Assembly: GCA_034530875.2 (NCBI GenBank) | Contig: JAVRCJ020000005.1 | Location: 32,001 to 96,000 of the forward strand | Origin: Nostoc sp. DedSLP01 | GTDB taxonomy: Bacteria; Cyanobacteriota; Cyanobacteriia; Cyanobacteriales; Nostocaceae | Direction: 5' to 3' | Length of the DNA stretch: 64,000 nucleotides | Part shown: in pieces, positions 28,952-38,432 of the stretch | Numbering within the stretch: position 1 is the first letter of the stretch | Layout: each line of letters starts with the position of its first letter | Notes under the pieces: model-generated | What the model was told of the DNA's origin: nothing | The model's database searches: none | What the model saw: the letters and a program-made list of their open reading frames with translations, nothing else | Program-made: the position numbers and the translations under genes

Positions 28952-31645
28952 TCAAATGTGAAATTTTTTCCGAGGAAACCAATCATCCAAAATGGTGTAG
29001 ACGACCGGCACAACAATCAAGCTGAGGATAGTTGAAGTTACAAGCCCGCCAGCGATCGCAACAGCCATTGGCGATCGCAATTCCGAACCAGCACCAAGAC
29101 CTAAGGCGATGGGTAGCATTCCTAAAAGCGTAGAAGCGGTGGTCATCATAATTGGTCTGAGCCGCACTAATCCAGTATTAAGGATTGCTTCGGTACGGTC
29201 TATGCCAGCACTGCGTAGCTGATTGATGTAATCTACCAATAAAATGGCATTTTTGTTTGCTAGTCCCAACAAAAACACAAAGCCAATCAGCGAAATCATG
29301 CCAAAGTCGCTCTTGGTAATCAGTAGCGCCAACATTGCCCCTACCAGCGCCAAAGGCAAAGAGACACCGATAACCAAAGGATCTACCCAGCTTTTAAACA
29401 GCAAAATCAGTACCACAACAATACAAAGGGCAGATAAAGCTAGAGTACTGCCAAAACTGCCAAAAACTTCATTCAATTTGGCAGAATCTCCTCCTAAATT
29501 CAAGGAAACATCGGATGGCAAGACGGCTTTGGCTTCAGCTACTACTCGATCGGTAGCATCACCCAAGGAAAGATCCTTGCTAAGATTAGCACTGATATAA
29601 GCTACTCGCTGATTATTTAGACGTTCAATTTGCGACACCGTACCTTGTGAATTGCTTTCACCTGTAACTGTCACATCGACAAATCCCGGTATTTTCTCAA
29701 TCCTCTGTTTAATTGCCTTCACAGCTTTGCTCAGAGATTGGAGATTCTCGCCTCGTAATGCCACCTCCAGAGGTTTTTGACCCCCGCTATCAACAAATTT
29801 AATGTCTTCAACACTGGTAGTAACTCCAGGAAGAACAGGCAATGAGGAGCGCAGCTGGTCTTGTAATTGGGCAGTTGCGATTTCCCGATTTTCTTTGAGC
29901 CTCACATATAACGTGCCTTTGTTCGGCTCACCCTCACGAGAACCAACGGTGGTGAATACCGTTTCCACTGCTGGATCTTTTCTCACCACTGCTTCGAGTT
30001 TCTTCGCAACCTCAAGAGAATCGTTTAAGGGGTTGGGGATTGGGGATTGGGGATTGGGGATTGGGGATTGGGATAAAGAATTTAATTTTGCTCCCCCTGC
30101 TCCTCCTAGTTGTGCTAGATCGGGGATTTTTGGCAAGGGAGCTGTATAAGCAATATTAAATTCGCCGCGATCTAATTTGGGGATAAATCCTTTAGGGATT
30201 AGTGGAATTAGTGCTATACCTGCAATGAAACTCAGTAAAGCTAACCCGATAACTGTTTTACGGTGATTTAAAGACCAACCGAGCAAGTTTCTATAAGATT
30301 GGGCAAAGGTCACCCAAATTTTTGCTTCGCGGCGAGGGGAGGTAGAGGATTTTGGTTTTAACCAGTAGATAGCCAAAACGGGAGATAAAGTCCGCGCTAC
30401 TAGCATAGAAGCGAGCATTGCAGCGGAAACAGTGATCCCAAAGGGCTTGAAAAACTGACCGATTACCCCACCCATTAAACCTATGGGCAGAAAAACTGCT
30501 ACTGCCGTCAAGGTGGCTGCTGTAACTGTCAATCCGATCTCATTGGTAGCTAAAAGTGCTGCTTGGCGGGGAGTTTCTCCGTCATCGACGTGTCGCATGA
30601 TGTTTTCTACATCAACGATCGCATCATCAACAATACTGCCAATCACCAAAGCTAAAGCCAGCAGCGTAATTGTCTCTAAATTGAAACCATAAATCGCCAT
30701 CACGATAAATGTCGCCAAAATAGAGGTAGGAATCGCCAATGCAGAAATTAAAGTGGCTCGCCAGTTCCACAAAAATGGAAAGATGACGACGATGGAAAGC
30801 ACAATTGCTTCTAGTAGAGAATCAATTGTTGATTGGGTGGCTTGGCGGATATATTCTGCTTGAGTGGCAGCTAAAGTGAGGTTGACATCTTTGAGTGTAG
30901 AGCGCAACCTTTGGACTTCTTTTTCAACTAAACTCACCACTTCTAAGGTGTTAGCATTGCCGCGTTTGATTACCTGAAACGCCAACGCATCCTGTCCGTT
31001 AAACCGGATTAATGTAGATCCTTGTTGGGTAAGAGCTGCTGCACTAAGCTTTGATGGATCTAAAGGAGTTGCAGTTGCATCCCCCAGCAGTGAAACTTTC
31101 AGGACTCCTGGTAATTTAGCGATCGCTGGTACGATTTGGTCTTTCGCCAACTTAGTCAAATCTGTGAGATTTCGTGTCTTGCTCTGAATCGCATAGCTAA
31201 TGGCCGCTGACTCGTTCAAGTTCAAGGGAATAATTTTAGAAGTCCCTCCCTCAGGTAGAGCCACTTGCTTTAGGGAAGTTTCAACTTCTTTGGTTGATGT
31301 TTCTAGATTTGTACCAACAGCAAAAGATAAAGCAACCGCTGTTTGACCCGGATAGGTGGATGAGCGAATATTCTCCAATCCTTTTAAGGAACGCAGGCTC
31401 TCTTCTACCGGTTTGGTGAGCTTGGTTTCTGTATCTACCGCAGTTGCCAGGGGGGCTGTAGCATTTACAACCACTACTGGGAAGGTAATATCTGGAAACA
31501 ATGCATACTTCAGAGAACTGAAAGCAAGAACACCAGCTACCGTAACGGCAATCCAAAAACTCACGGTCAGCCACGAAAATTTAATTGCTAATCTGGAGAT
31601 ATTGAAGAATTCTCGTGCGGATTTTGAGTTAGAAAGCTTTACCAT
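28952..31645 (-). CDS. AcrB-type RND permease, shortened (no docking subdomains)
   Basis: IVDDAIVDVENI, KNAILLVD, RLRPIMMT; 897 aa; co-oriented with hpnA-hpnH. Confidence 0.9.
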   Translation of the reverse strand: MVKLSNSKSAREFFNISRLAIKFSWLTVSFWIAVTVAGVLAFSSLKYALFPDITFPVVVVNATAPLATAVDTETKLTKPVEESLRSLKGLENIRSSTYPGQTAVALSFAVGTNLETSTKEVETSLKQVALPEGGTSKIIPLNLNESAAISYAIQSKTRNLTDLTKLAKDQIVPAIAKLPGVLKVSLLGDATATPLDPSKLSAAALTQQGSTLIRFNGQDALAFQVIKRGNANTLEVVSLVEKEVQRLRSTLKDVNLTLAATQAEYIRQATQSTIDSLLEAIVLSIVVIFPFLWNWRATLISALAIPTSILATFIVMAIYGFNLETITLLALALVIGSIVDDAIVDVENIMRHVDDGETPRQAALLATNEIGLTVTAATLTAVAVFLPIGLMGGVIGQFFKPFGITVSAAMLASMLVARTLSPVLAIYWLKPKSSTSPRREAKIWVTFAQSYRNLLGWSLNHRKTVIGLALLSFIAGIALIPLIPKGFIPKLDRGEFNIAYTAPLPKIPDLAQLGGAGGAKLNSLSQSPIPNPQSPIPNPLNDSLEVAKKLEAVVRKDPAVETVFTTVGSREGEPNKGTLYVRLKENREIATAQLQDQLRSSLPVLPGVTTSVEDIKFVDSGGQKPLEVALRGENLQSLSKAVKAIKQRIEKIPGFVDVTVTGESNSQGTVSQIERLNNQRVAYISANLSKDLSLGDATDRVVAEAKAVLPSDVSLNLGGDSAKLNEVFGSFGSTLALSALCIVVVLILLFKSWVDPLVIGVSLPLALVGAMLALLITKSDFGMISLIGFVFLLGLANKNAILLVDYINQLRSAGIDRTEAILNTGLVRLRPIMMTTASTLLGMLPIALGLGAGSELRSPMAVAIAGGLVTSTILSLIVVPVVYTILDDWFPRKKFHI
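30029..30073. repeat. STRR (GGGGATT)n inside the RND CDS, frame preserved
   Basis: Encodes SQSPIPNPQSPIPNP. Confidence 0.85.
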
Positions 31646-31796
31646 CTTGGAAAATTATCGTGCGGGTGACACAATTATTTAGTCATGCTACATGAATCGC
31701 CTTCGGTTTGCGAGTTTTGGTCACCACCAAATGGCAATATTACTTATTGTTACTCAAAGTCAGACAAAGTTTTTAACATAGCATGGAACTTTAACA

Positions 31797-32054
31797 ATGA
31801 AACTCGGTTCTGTCGAGCATATCGAAATGCCAGAACGTCGCCCCGTTGAGATTCCCCAAAATATTGAGTCAGTTTTTACGCGCTTTGATTTGGAAGAATG
31901 TCTAGATACTTTTTCTGTCTATGGGCTATTTGCGATCGCCCGTGAAGCTAATGTCTTTCCAGAGTCAATCTCCACAATCTTTGATCCCATCATAGATGAA
32001 GAGACACGCCCAGTTAATACCCAAACGGAAACTTCAGAATATCGAGAGCGCTAG
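31797..32054 (+). CDS. Small acidic hypothetical protein
   Basis: 85 aa; TAG overlaps the GTG of the next gene. Confidence 0.55.
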   Translation: MKLGSVEHIEMPERRPVEIPQNIESVFTRFDLEECLDTFSVYGLFAIAREANVFPESISTIFDPIIDEETRPVNTQTETSEYRER

Positions 32055-32749
32055 TGCCTAATTTTTTACCCCACGACATAATTCTCGTGCCTCAAGGTGC
32101 AGAATATCAAGCCGTGTGCCGAGGATTACGCGGTGTTACTGGCTTTATACCGACAGTATTACCCATACCTATTGGGATGAAGGCTTTACTTCAATACTTG
32201 CAAGAATCCTCAGAAAATAAACAATTTTTAGCCCCACAATCTAGAGTACTGATTTTAGGTTTGTGTGGCAGCTTGAGCGATCGCTACACTGTTGGTGATG
32301 TTGTGCTGTATCAAAATTGTCTTTATCAAGACAAGCGGCAAGAATGCGATCGCTCTTTTACAGCAGAGTTACGATCGGTACTTCCCAATCCCCACTCTCC
32401 AGTCAACGCCTTGACGAGCGATCGCGTCATTTCCTCCGCGGCTGAAAAACGCCGTCTGAATGAGAATTTGGCGGTTGATGTTGTTGATATGGAAGGATTT
32501 ACTGCCCTAGAGTTTTTTAATGCAGCTGGGGTAGCGGTGGCAATGTTGCGAGTAGTCAGCGATGATTGTCAGCATGATATCCCTGACCTCACAGCAGCGA
32601 TCGACTCTGATGGTTCCCTGCGTCCTTTGCCTCTAACAATGACAATGATTCGCCAACCTATAGCTGCGGCTCGGCTAATTCGAGGTTCGTTAACAGCATT
32701 AAAAGTGTTAGAGAAAATGACAAATTCGCTCTTTTTCCCAAGAAGCTAA
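32054..32749 (+). CDS. Nucleoside phosphorylase family protein (HpnG-like)
   Basis: ILGLCGSL, VGDVVL, DVVDMEG, LRVVSDD; next to hpn genes. Confidence 0.8.
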   Translation: MPNFLPHDIILVPQGAEYQAVCRGLRGVTGFIPTVLPIPIGMKALLQYLQESSENKQFLAPQSRVLILGLCGSLSDRYTVGDVVLYQNCLYQDKRQECDRSFTAELRSVLPNPHSPVNALTSDRVISSAAEKRRLNENLAVDVVDMEGFTALEFFNAAGVAVAMLRVVSDDCQHDIPDLTAAIDSDGSLRPLPLTMTMIRQPIAAARLIRGSLTALKVLEKMTNSLFFPRS

Positions 32750-32831
32750 AATAATTTGTTGCACAATTAATAGCACAAGATAATAGATAAGACTCCTCAA
32801 CAAGCGATCGCCTATTGTCTGCGAAATCCTC

Positions 32832-33079
32832 GATCTTCATACAACTGCTAGTATGTATCCGGCAATTTCTACTGAGGATTTGTTAAATATTCCGATCGCG
32901 CTACCAAAAGAATCTACTCGCCAGAAAATAAAAGAAAAGGTCAGAGGATCTCGCAAAGCGCGGGAGCAATCCAAACAATTGCTAAAACATGAGTAGAACG
33001 GGCGATTGAGACCCATGAAGCGACAGCCACAACTTGGATAAACCAGCAACTTGAAGCTTTGGAGGTAGAACTGACATGA
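32832..33079 (+). pseudogene. 3' remnant resembling a type I restriction specificity (HsdS-like) gene
   Basis: MYPAISTEDLLNIPIALPKESTRQKIKEKV..SKQLL then, after a frameshift, KT*VERAIETHEATATTWINQQLEAL; family call from memory. Confidence 0.5.
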
Positions 33080-33657
33080 TTGCTCAACCTGAGACCAAAT
33101 GTTACACCGTTGAAGAGTACCTGGAACTTGAATTCGCCTCCGACATCCGCAACGAATACCGCGATGGAGAAATTGTCCCTATGACAGGTGGAACCCCAGA
33201 CCATAATGATATTGCCAGCAACCTTGTGGCTATCCTTAAAACAGCATTGCGGGGAAAGCCTTGCCGTGTATTTATCCTGGATCAGCGACTCTGGATTCCC
33301 GATGCAAATCTCTATACTTACCCTGATGTGATGCTTGTGTCCAAACCCTTAGAACTTCAAACTGGACGCAAAGATACCGTGGTGAACCCCTGCTTTATCG
33401 CTGAAGTGTTATCTAAATCCACCCAAAACTATGACCGTGGCGATAAATTTGTTGCATATCGTACAATTCCTACCTTCCAAGAATATCTGCTGATCGACCA
33501 ATATCGCATACACGTTGAACATCATATTAAAACAGCCCCTCATCAGTGGCTATTCTCAGAATACGACGATCCAACTGTCACCCTTTCTTTAAGTACCTTT
33601 GAGTTGCAAATTCAAATTGCAGAACTTTACGAAAATATTGATTTTTCCACCGTTTGA
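33076..33657 (+). CDS. Uma2 family (DUF820) putative endonuclease
   Basis: EYRDGEIVPMTGG, YPDVM, IAEVLSKST, EYLLIDQ. Confidence 0.92.
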   Translation: MIAQPETKCYTVEEYLELEFASDIRNEYRDGEIVPMTGGTPDHNDIASNLVAILKTALRGKPCRVFILDQRLWIPDANLYTYPDVMLVSKPLELQTGRKDTVVNPCFIAEVLSKSTQNYDRGDKFVAYRTIPTFQEYLLIDQYRIHVEHHIKTAPHQWLFSEYDDPTVTLSLSTFELQIQIAELYENIDFSTV

Positions 33658-33668
33658 GTTGAATGGGT

Positions 33669-33743
33669 AAAACATGGGTAGAACAAGTAATTGAGGCTGA
33701 TGAAGCGGTAGCCATAACTTGAATAAACCAGTAACTTGAAGCT
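33669..33743 (+). repeat. Second degenerate copy of 32984-33058
   Basis: Ungapped 75-nt alignment, 62/75 identical by hand count. Confidence 0.85.
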
Positions 33744-33789
33744 ATTGGCATTAATTTATCAAATTCAACTTAAATTTAATGAAGGCATA

Positions 33790-33999
33790 ATGTCTGAGAT
33801 TACTTTAAACCCGGAACAACTCAAATAAATTTTGAAAAGTGCGATCGTCGAATTGATTCGCGATCGCCGGAAAGAAGTCTCTGAATTTTTGGCAGAAATT
33901 ATTGAAGACTTAGCAATGGAACGTGCGATCGCAGAAGGTGAGACCACTGAACTAGTCAGCCGGGACTCCATCTTTCAACTTTTGGAGCCGAAATCGTGA
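33790..33999 (+). pseudogene. Antitoxin-like gene with an internal stop
   Basis: MSEITLNPEQLK*ILKSAIVELI..EIIEDLAMERAIAEGETTELVSRDSIF; TAA at 33826-33828. Confidence 0.7.
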
Positions 34000-34049
34000 A
34001 AGTCGAGTTCAGAAAAAGCTTTGAACGACCACTTAACATCTGGGAGTAG
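33996..34049 (+). pseudogene. Truncated 5' stub of a RelE/ParE-like toxin
   Basis: GTGA overlap with the antitoxin; MKVEFRKSFE, then unrelated sequence and a stop. Confidence 0.5.
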
Positions 34050-34051
34050 CA

Positions 34052-34291
34052 ATGAAAGCACTTAAAGTCATGGCGACAATTAATGAGGAAGGACAACTCA
34101 CCTTAGATCGTCCTCTCACAATAGATAAAAATAGCCGTGTAGAAGTCATTGTTTTAATTCCAGATGAGGAAACCCTAGATGAGACATCTCAGGCAGAAGT
34201 ATTAGCAGATTTCCGGCAAGCTTGGCACGAAGCCATGACTGGACAAACGATTCCCGTTGCTCAACTTTGGGAAGGTCTTGAAGATGACTGA
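34052..34291 (+). CDS. Small acidic antitoxin-like protein
   Basis: 79 aa; ADFRQAWHEAMTGQTIPVAQLWE C-terminus; GGAG RBS. Confidence 0.65.
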   Translation: MKALKVMATINEEGQLTLDRPLTIDKNSRVEVIVLIPDEETLDETSQAEVLADFRQAWHEAMTGQTIPVAQLWEGLEDD

Positions 34292-34424
34292 TGTTACTAA
34301 TAACCGCACCTCTAGGGACGGACACCACTACTACTGCAAAGATTAAAACGCCTTAACATTTCGTTACACTAAAGACATCGAGAGCAAAGCAAAGCTCTTG
34401 CAATTGAAATCAAAGGTGAACGAC

Positions 34425-35549
34425 ATGAATGGCACAATTCGCGTTGGTAATCTCTTCGGAATTCCCTTCTATATCCATCCGTCGTGGTTTTTAGTTCTCG
34501 GTTTGGTAACTTGGAGCTATAGCAGCGGACTAGCGGCGCAATTTCCTCAATTATCTGCGGGATTGTCTTTGCTACTGGGATTGATGACAGCGCTGATGTT
34601 GTTCGCCTCTGTCGTCGCCCACGAATTAGGACACAGTTTTGTTGCTATAAGTCAGGGAATTGATGTCAAATCAATCACACTGTTTATTTTTGGTGGTTTG
34701 GCAAGCTTAGAAAAAGAATCGAAAACTCCTGGTGAAGCGTTTTGGGTAGCGATCGCCGGGCCTTTAGTTAGCTTACTACTGTTTGGAATCGTTACAGCAA
34801 TCGGTATTACGACTTCTGTCTCAGGGCCTCTAGCTGCAATTCTCAGTGTTTTAGCTGCTGTTAACTTGGCATTAGCATTATTCAACCTGATTCCTGGCTT
34901 GCCTTTAGATGGGGGTAATATACTCAAAGCTATTGTTTGGAAAATTACAGGCAACCCTTATAAAGGCGTAACTTTTGCTAGTGCAGTTGGGCAAATCTTT
35001 GGTTGGGTAGCAATTCTTTCTGGCGTACTTCCATTAATATTATTTGGCAGCTTGGGTAACTTCTGGAACTTGTTAGTTGGCTTCTTCTTGTTGCAAAATG
35101 CTGGGAATGCGGCTCAATTTGCCAGAGTGCAAGAAAAACTCAATGGTTTAACAGCCGAAGATGCTGTAACTGCCGATAGCCCGATTGTATCTGCTAATCT
35201 GACTTTGAGAGAGTTTGCCGACGAACGGGTTATGAACGGCCAAAATTGGCAGCGGTTTTTAGTGACTGATGATGAGGGACAATTAGTAGGTGCGATCGCA
35301 CTTGATAACTTGCGAAGCATCCCAACAGCACTGTGGTCTGAAACTCAAGTGAAAGAAGTCACCAGACCAATGACAGAATCCCCCACAGTTCAATCAGATA
35401 AACCTCTGCTGGAAGTTATGCAGCTACTGGAACAACAAAAGCTCTCTGCGCTTCCTGTAATTCGTAACAACGGCGTTTTGGTCGGAATCTTAGAAAAAAC
35501 TGCAATTATCAGATTATTGCAAAGCCAAACCCTGCCAAACCCTGCATAG
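34425..35549 (+). CDS. Site-2 protease (M50) with CBS domains
   Basis: HELGH, AIAGP, FNLIPGLPLDGG; C-terminal CBS pair. Confidence 0.92.
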   Translation: MNGTIRVGNLFGIPFYIHPSWFLVLGLVTWSYSSGLAAQFPQLSAGLSLLLGLMTALMLFASVVAHELGHSFVAISQGIDVKSITLFIFGGLASLEKESKTPGEAFWVAIAGPLVSLLLFGIVTAIGITTSVSGPLAAILSVLAAVNLALALFNLIPGLPLDGGNILKAIVWKITGNPYKGVTFASAVGQIFGWVAILSGVLPLILFGSLGNFWNLLVGFFLLQNAGNAAQFARVQEKLNGLTAEDAVTADSPIVSANLTLREFADERVMNGQNWQRFLVTDDEGQLVGAIALDNLRSIPTALWSETQVKEVTRPMTESPTVQSDKPLLEVMQLLEQQKLSALPVIRNNGVLVGILEKTAIIRLLQSQTLPNPA

Positions 35550-35581
35550 TTATTTCCAAAAACAATCTTCTCTCTTCAACC

Positions 35582-35609
35582 TCCCTCAGAAATCCTGAGG
35601 GATTTTTTT
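35582..35609 (+). terminator. Intrinsic terminator
   Basis: TCCCTCAG-aaatc-CTGAGGGA then TTTTTTT. Confidence 0.75.
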
Positions 35610-35695
35610 GCGAATTGCACGAACTTGTAGCCAAATCTTTGCGTTCCTTAGCAATTTGAATTGAAGAAGAATTCTGAATTCTGAATTCTGAATTC

Positions 35696-35944
35696 AGAAT
35701 TCAGGAGTCAGAATCAAGACGCTCGCGGACTCGCTAACGCTTCGCTATCAGTCGCGGGTCTGAATCCCCGACTGATTGTTTTGCACCAAATCGTAGATTT
35801 GGCGGGGGTCTTAAACCCAGTTATTCAGACGCGACGCTCGAATACTCGCTAACGCTGCGCTATCGCGGACACGGCGAATCGCTGCTCTATCCGCCAGTCG
35901 GACTCCAATTCATACTGAATTCTGACGACTGACTCCTGAATTCT
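35696..35944. mobile_element. MITE-like element with nested small dispersed repeats
   Basis: Perfect 16-bp terminal inverted repeat AGAATTCAGGAGTCAG / CTGACTCCTGAATTCT; two internal GACGCTCG..ACTCGCTAACGCT.CGCTATC copies. Confidence 0.65.
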
Positions 35945-36133
35945 ATCTTGATAACAATTCGGCAGATATATTGTTAGGGGCGTGCAGTTGTACGCCCCTA
36001 AATTCGATCCATTTGCGATCGAGATTTTTTGAGAGACACATAATACTTACATAAGTGAAAAGTTAAAAGTCCAAATAAATATTGAATTCATCTTTCTTTT
36101 TACTTTTGACTTTTTACTTATGGAAGCCTGTAG

Positions 36134-36838
36134 TTAATTCTTGTGCAAGGATTTTTTACGGGATATCAGGTAAATTCCTACCAGGGATAAACCTGCTATT
36201 GTTGCAGGTTCAGGTATGGGCTTGATTGTGGCAAAAATAGATGTTTTAACAGTGCCTTGTTCAAGCGCTCCAATTTTCAATTGAGAAGCATCTGGATTAA
36301 ACCCTGTTAGCTCAAGTGTATATTTCTTACCTTCAAACGCGAAACTGTTATCATTCAATTTTCCGTCTATAGATACATAATCCGCATTTTCTTGAGGATT
36401 TTTTGATTCATTGGGTGTATTGATTAAACGGAAATTGAAGTCAAAAGCTTGGTCGATTCCAGCAGGAGATGTCAGGGATAAATTGAGTGCTAAAGGTACA
36501 AATTCAACACTTGTTTTCTCGAGTACTGTCTCGTTAAAATATGTCAATTCACCTATTTTAAAGACAGAATTAGTATCTGCAAAAAAGGAACTTCCATCAA
36601 AGATTACTTTATTTGGAGATGTTGATGGCGAAGAAGCTTGACCCCAAGTAAATATGTTCGTTCCCACACCTGTATGTTTAGGATTGGTATTGATGGTTCC
36701 TGGAGTAGGCGTCTTCCATGTACCACTGGAGGTACCAGAAAAAGAGAAAGCTTGTGCTTGACCAAAGAAAGCAAATACTGTGGTCGCAGTCACAAAAGAA
36801 CTAGATATGGCAGTCGCAAAAACTAGACTTCGTTTCAT
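36134..36838 (-). CDS. PEP-CTERM exported protein (choice-of-anchor K-like)
   Basis: Signal peptide ending AQA; C-terminal PIPEPATIAGLSLVGIYLISRKK. Confidence 0.85.
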   Translation of the reverse strand: MKRSLVFATAISSSFVTATTVFAFFGQAQAFSFSGTSSGTWKTPTPGTINTNPKHTGVGTNIFTWGQASSPSTSPNKVIFDGSSFFADTNSVFKIGELTYFNETVLEKTSVEFVPLALNLSLTSPAGIDQAFDFNFRLINTPNESKNPQENADYVSIDGKLNDNSFAFEGKKYTLELTGFNPDASQLKIGALEQGTVKTSIFATIKPIPEPATIAGLSLVGIYLISRKKSLHKN

Positions 36839-37110
36839 AAACTTAGGTTTGAATTCTCATCCTGGAGTTTCTCTCAAGTCGGCCTCCAGTCTACCTTAGT
36901 TAATTTACGGAAAATACGCCAATATCTTTTTGTAGTTTTTATGAAATACTTATTCTTTTTTAATAAAATCTTTTTTAATAATTTATACTTATAAACTCTA
37001 ATTTATGGTTATTTAAATAAATTTATGATTTTTTCTACTAGGTTAGCCGATTATCTTACTAGATGTCAAATTAACATCAAGTTGATGTTTTGTATATCAA
37101 ATAATAGCAT

Positions 37111-37155
37111 AAGGGCAGATAATTCATAAGCTGGGCTTATGAATTATCTGCCCTT
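37111..37155. terminator. Perfect 21-bp stem hairpin downstream of chlP
   Basis: AAGGGCAGATAATTCATAAGC-TGG-GCTTATGAATTATCTGCCCTT. Confidence 0.6.
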
Positions 37156-37211
37156 GATTAGAGTATTCAGAACCGACTAAATGCTCTACTTCTACCAACA
37201 GTACTACTAAC

Positions 37212-38432
37212 TTAAGGTGCGAGGGCATTACCCCGAAGTAAACTAGCAATAGTTTTGGCAGTAATTTTCAATTGGGTGATGGGATTAGCTGGAACAACCG
37301 TTTTATACAGATAGCTATCAAACGTTAGCCGCTGTACATCGAGGTCATCGCACATTTCCACAAAGGCTTCGCGGGTAGCGTCGGAACGATAGAAAACGGT
37401 TTGCAGAATGTCCAACACTTTATAAGTGAGTCCGTATTTTTTATCCCAACGCTTCAAGTAAATCTTGAGGTCATTTTCTGTGGGAATGCGGTTACCACCG
37501 TTAGATGTTTCAACAATGGTTTCTGCACACATCCGCCCAGATTTGGCAGCAAAATAAATGCCTTCACCGGAAGACTTGGTAACGTAACCAGCAGCATCTC
37601 CTACTAAAGCGATGCGACCGACTACGCGACGGGGACGGGGATGTTCGGGAATGGGATGTGCTTCTACTTTGATGATTTTACCGCCTGCCAGCTTTTCGGA
37701 TGCACGAGCGCGGATACCAGCTTGTAATTGTTTGATGCTGGCTTTATTGACGTGCATCGTACCGGTACCAACAGCTACGTGGTCGTATTTGGGGAAAACC
37801 CAGGCGTAGAAGTCAGTGGAAACATCATTACCGACATACATTTCAGCGAGGTCGTTGTAGTATGCCATTTTGTCTTCGGGTAAGCGAATCCGTTCTTGGA
37901 AGGCGATCGCATAATTATAATCCCCTGCATCCATTTCTTTGGCAACACGGGAATTTGCGCCATCAGCCCCAATGATGACATCCACTTTTAGAGATTTGGC
38001 AATACCTTGCGCACCACCTTCTGTATGGTCAACGTAATGGATGGTATAGGGATCGGTATTGTTTGCTGGTATATCAAGTTTATGAACGGTGGCATTTATT
38101 AAAGTTGCGCCGAGTTTTGCAGCACGATTGCGCAAAAAGCCATCTAGCACTTCCCGGCGGCACATTCCTATATATTCTTCTTCATTTACCAGATTGATAT
38201 CGACTTCGCGGTTGGAAGGCGAAATCATTTTCATCTTCCGCACGCGGCGATCGATAATCTCTGGTGGTAAGTCAAACTCACCCACCATACACAGGGGAAT
38301 TGCGCCCCCACAAGGCTTAGCATTGTCTAGCTTCCGTTCAAACAGGTAGGTTTCAATCCCAGCTTTTGCCAATGTTTCAGCGGCAGAGGAACCAGCAGGG
38401 CCTGACCCAATAACAGCAACCCGTAGTGTCAA
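37212..38432 (-). CDS. chlP: Geranylgeranyl reductase
   Basis: LRVAVIGSGPAG, AKPCGGAIPLCMV, LVGDAAGYVTKSSGEGIYFA; TTG start after GGAG. Confidence 0.96.
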   Translation of the reverse strand: MTLRVAVIGSGPAGSSAAETLAKAGIETYLFERKLDNAKPCGGAIPLCMVGEFDLPPEIIDRRVRKMKMISPSNREVDINLVNEEEYIGMCRREVLDGFLRNRAAKLGATLINATVHKLDIPANNTDPYTIHYVDHTEGGAQGIAKSLKVDVIIGADGANSRVAKEMDAGDYNYAIAFQERIRLPEDKMAYYNDLAEMYVGNDVSTDFYAWVFPKYDHVAVGTGTMHVNKASIKQLQAGIRARASEKLAGGKIIKVEAHPIPEHPRPRRVVGRIALVGDAAGYVTKSSGEGIYFAAKSGRMCAETIVETSNGGNRIPTENDLKIYLKRWDKKYGLTYKVLDILQTVFYRSDATREAFVEMCDDLDVQRLTFDSYLYKTVVPANPITQLKITAKTIASLLRGNALAP

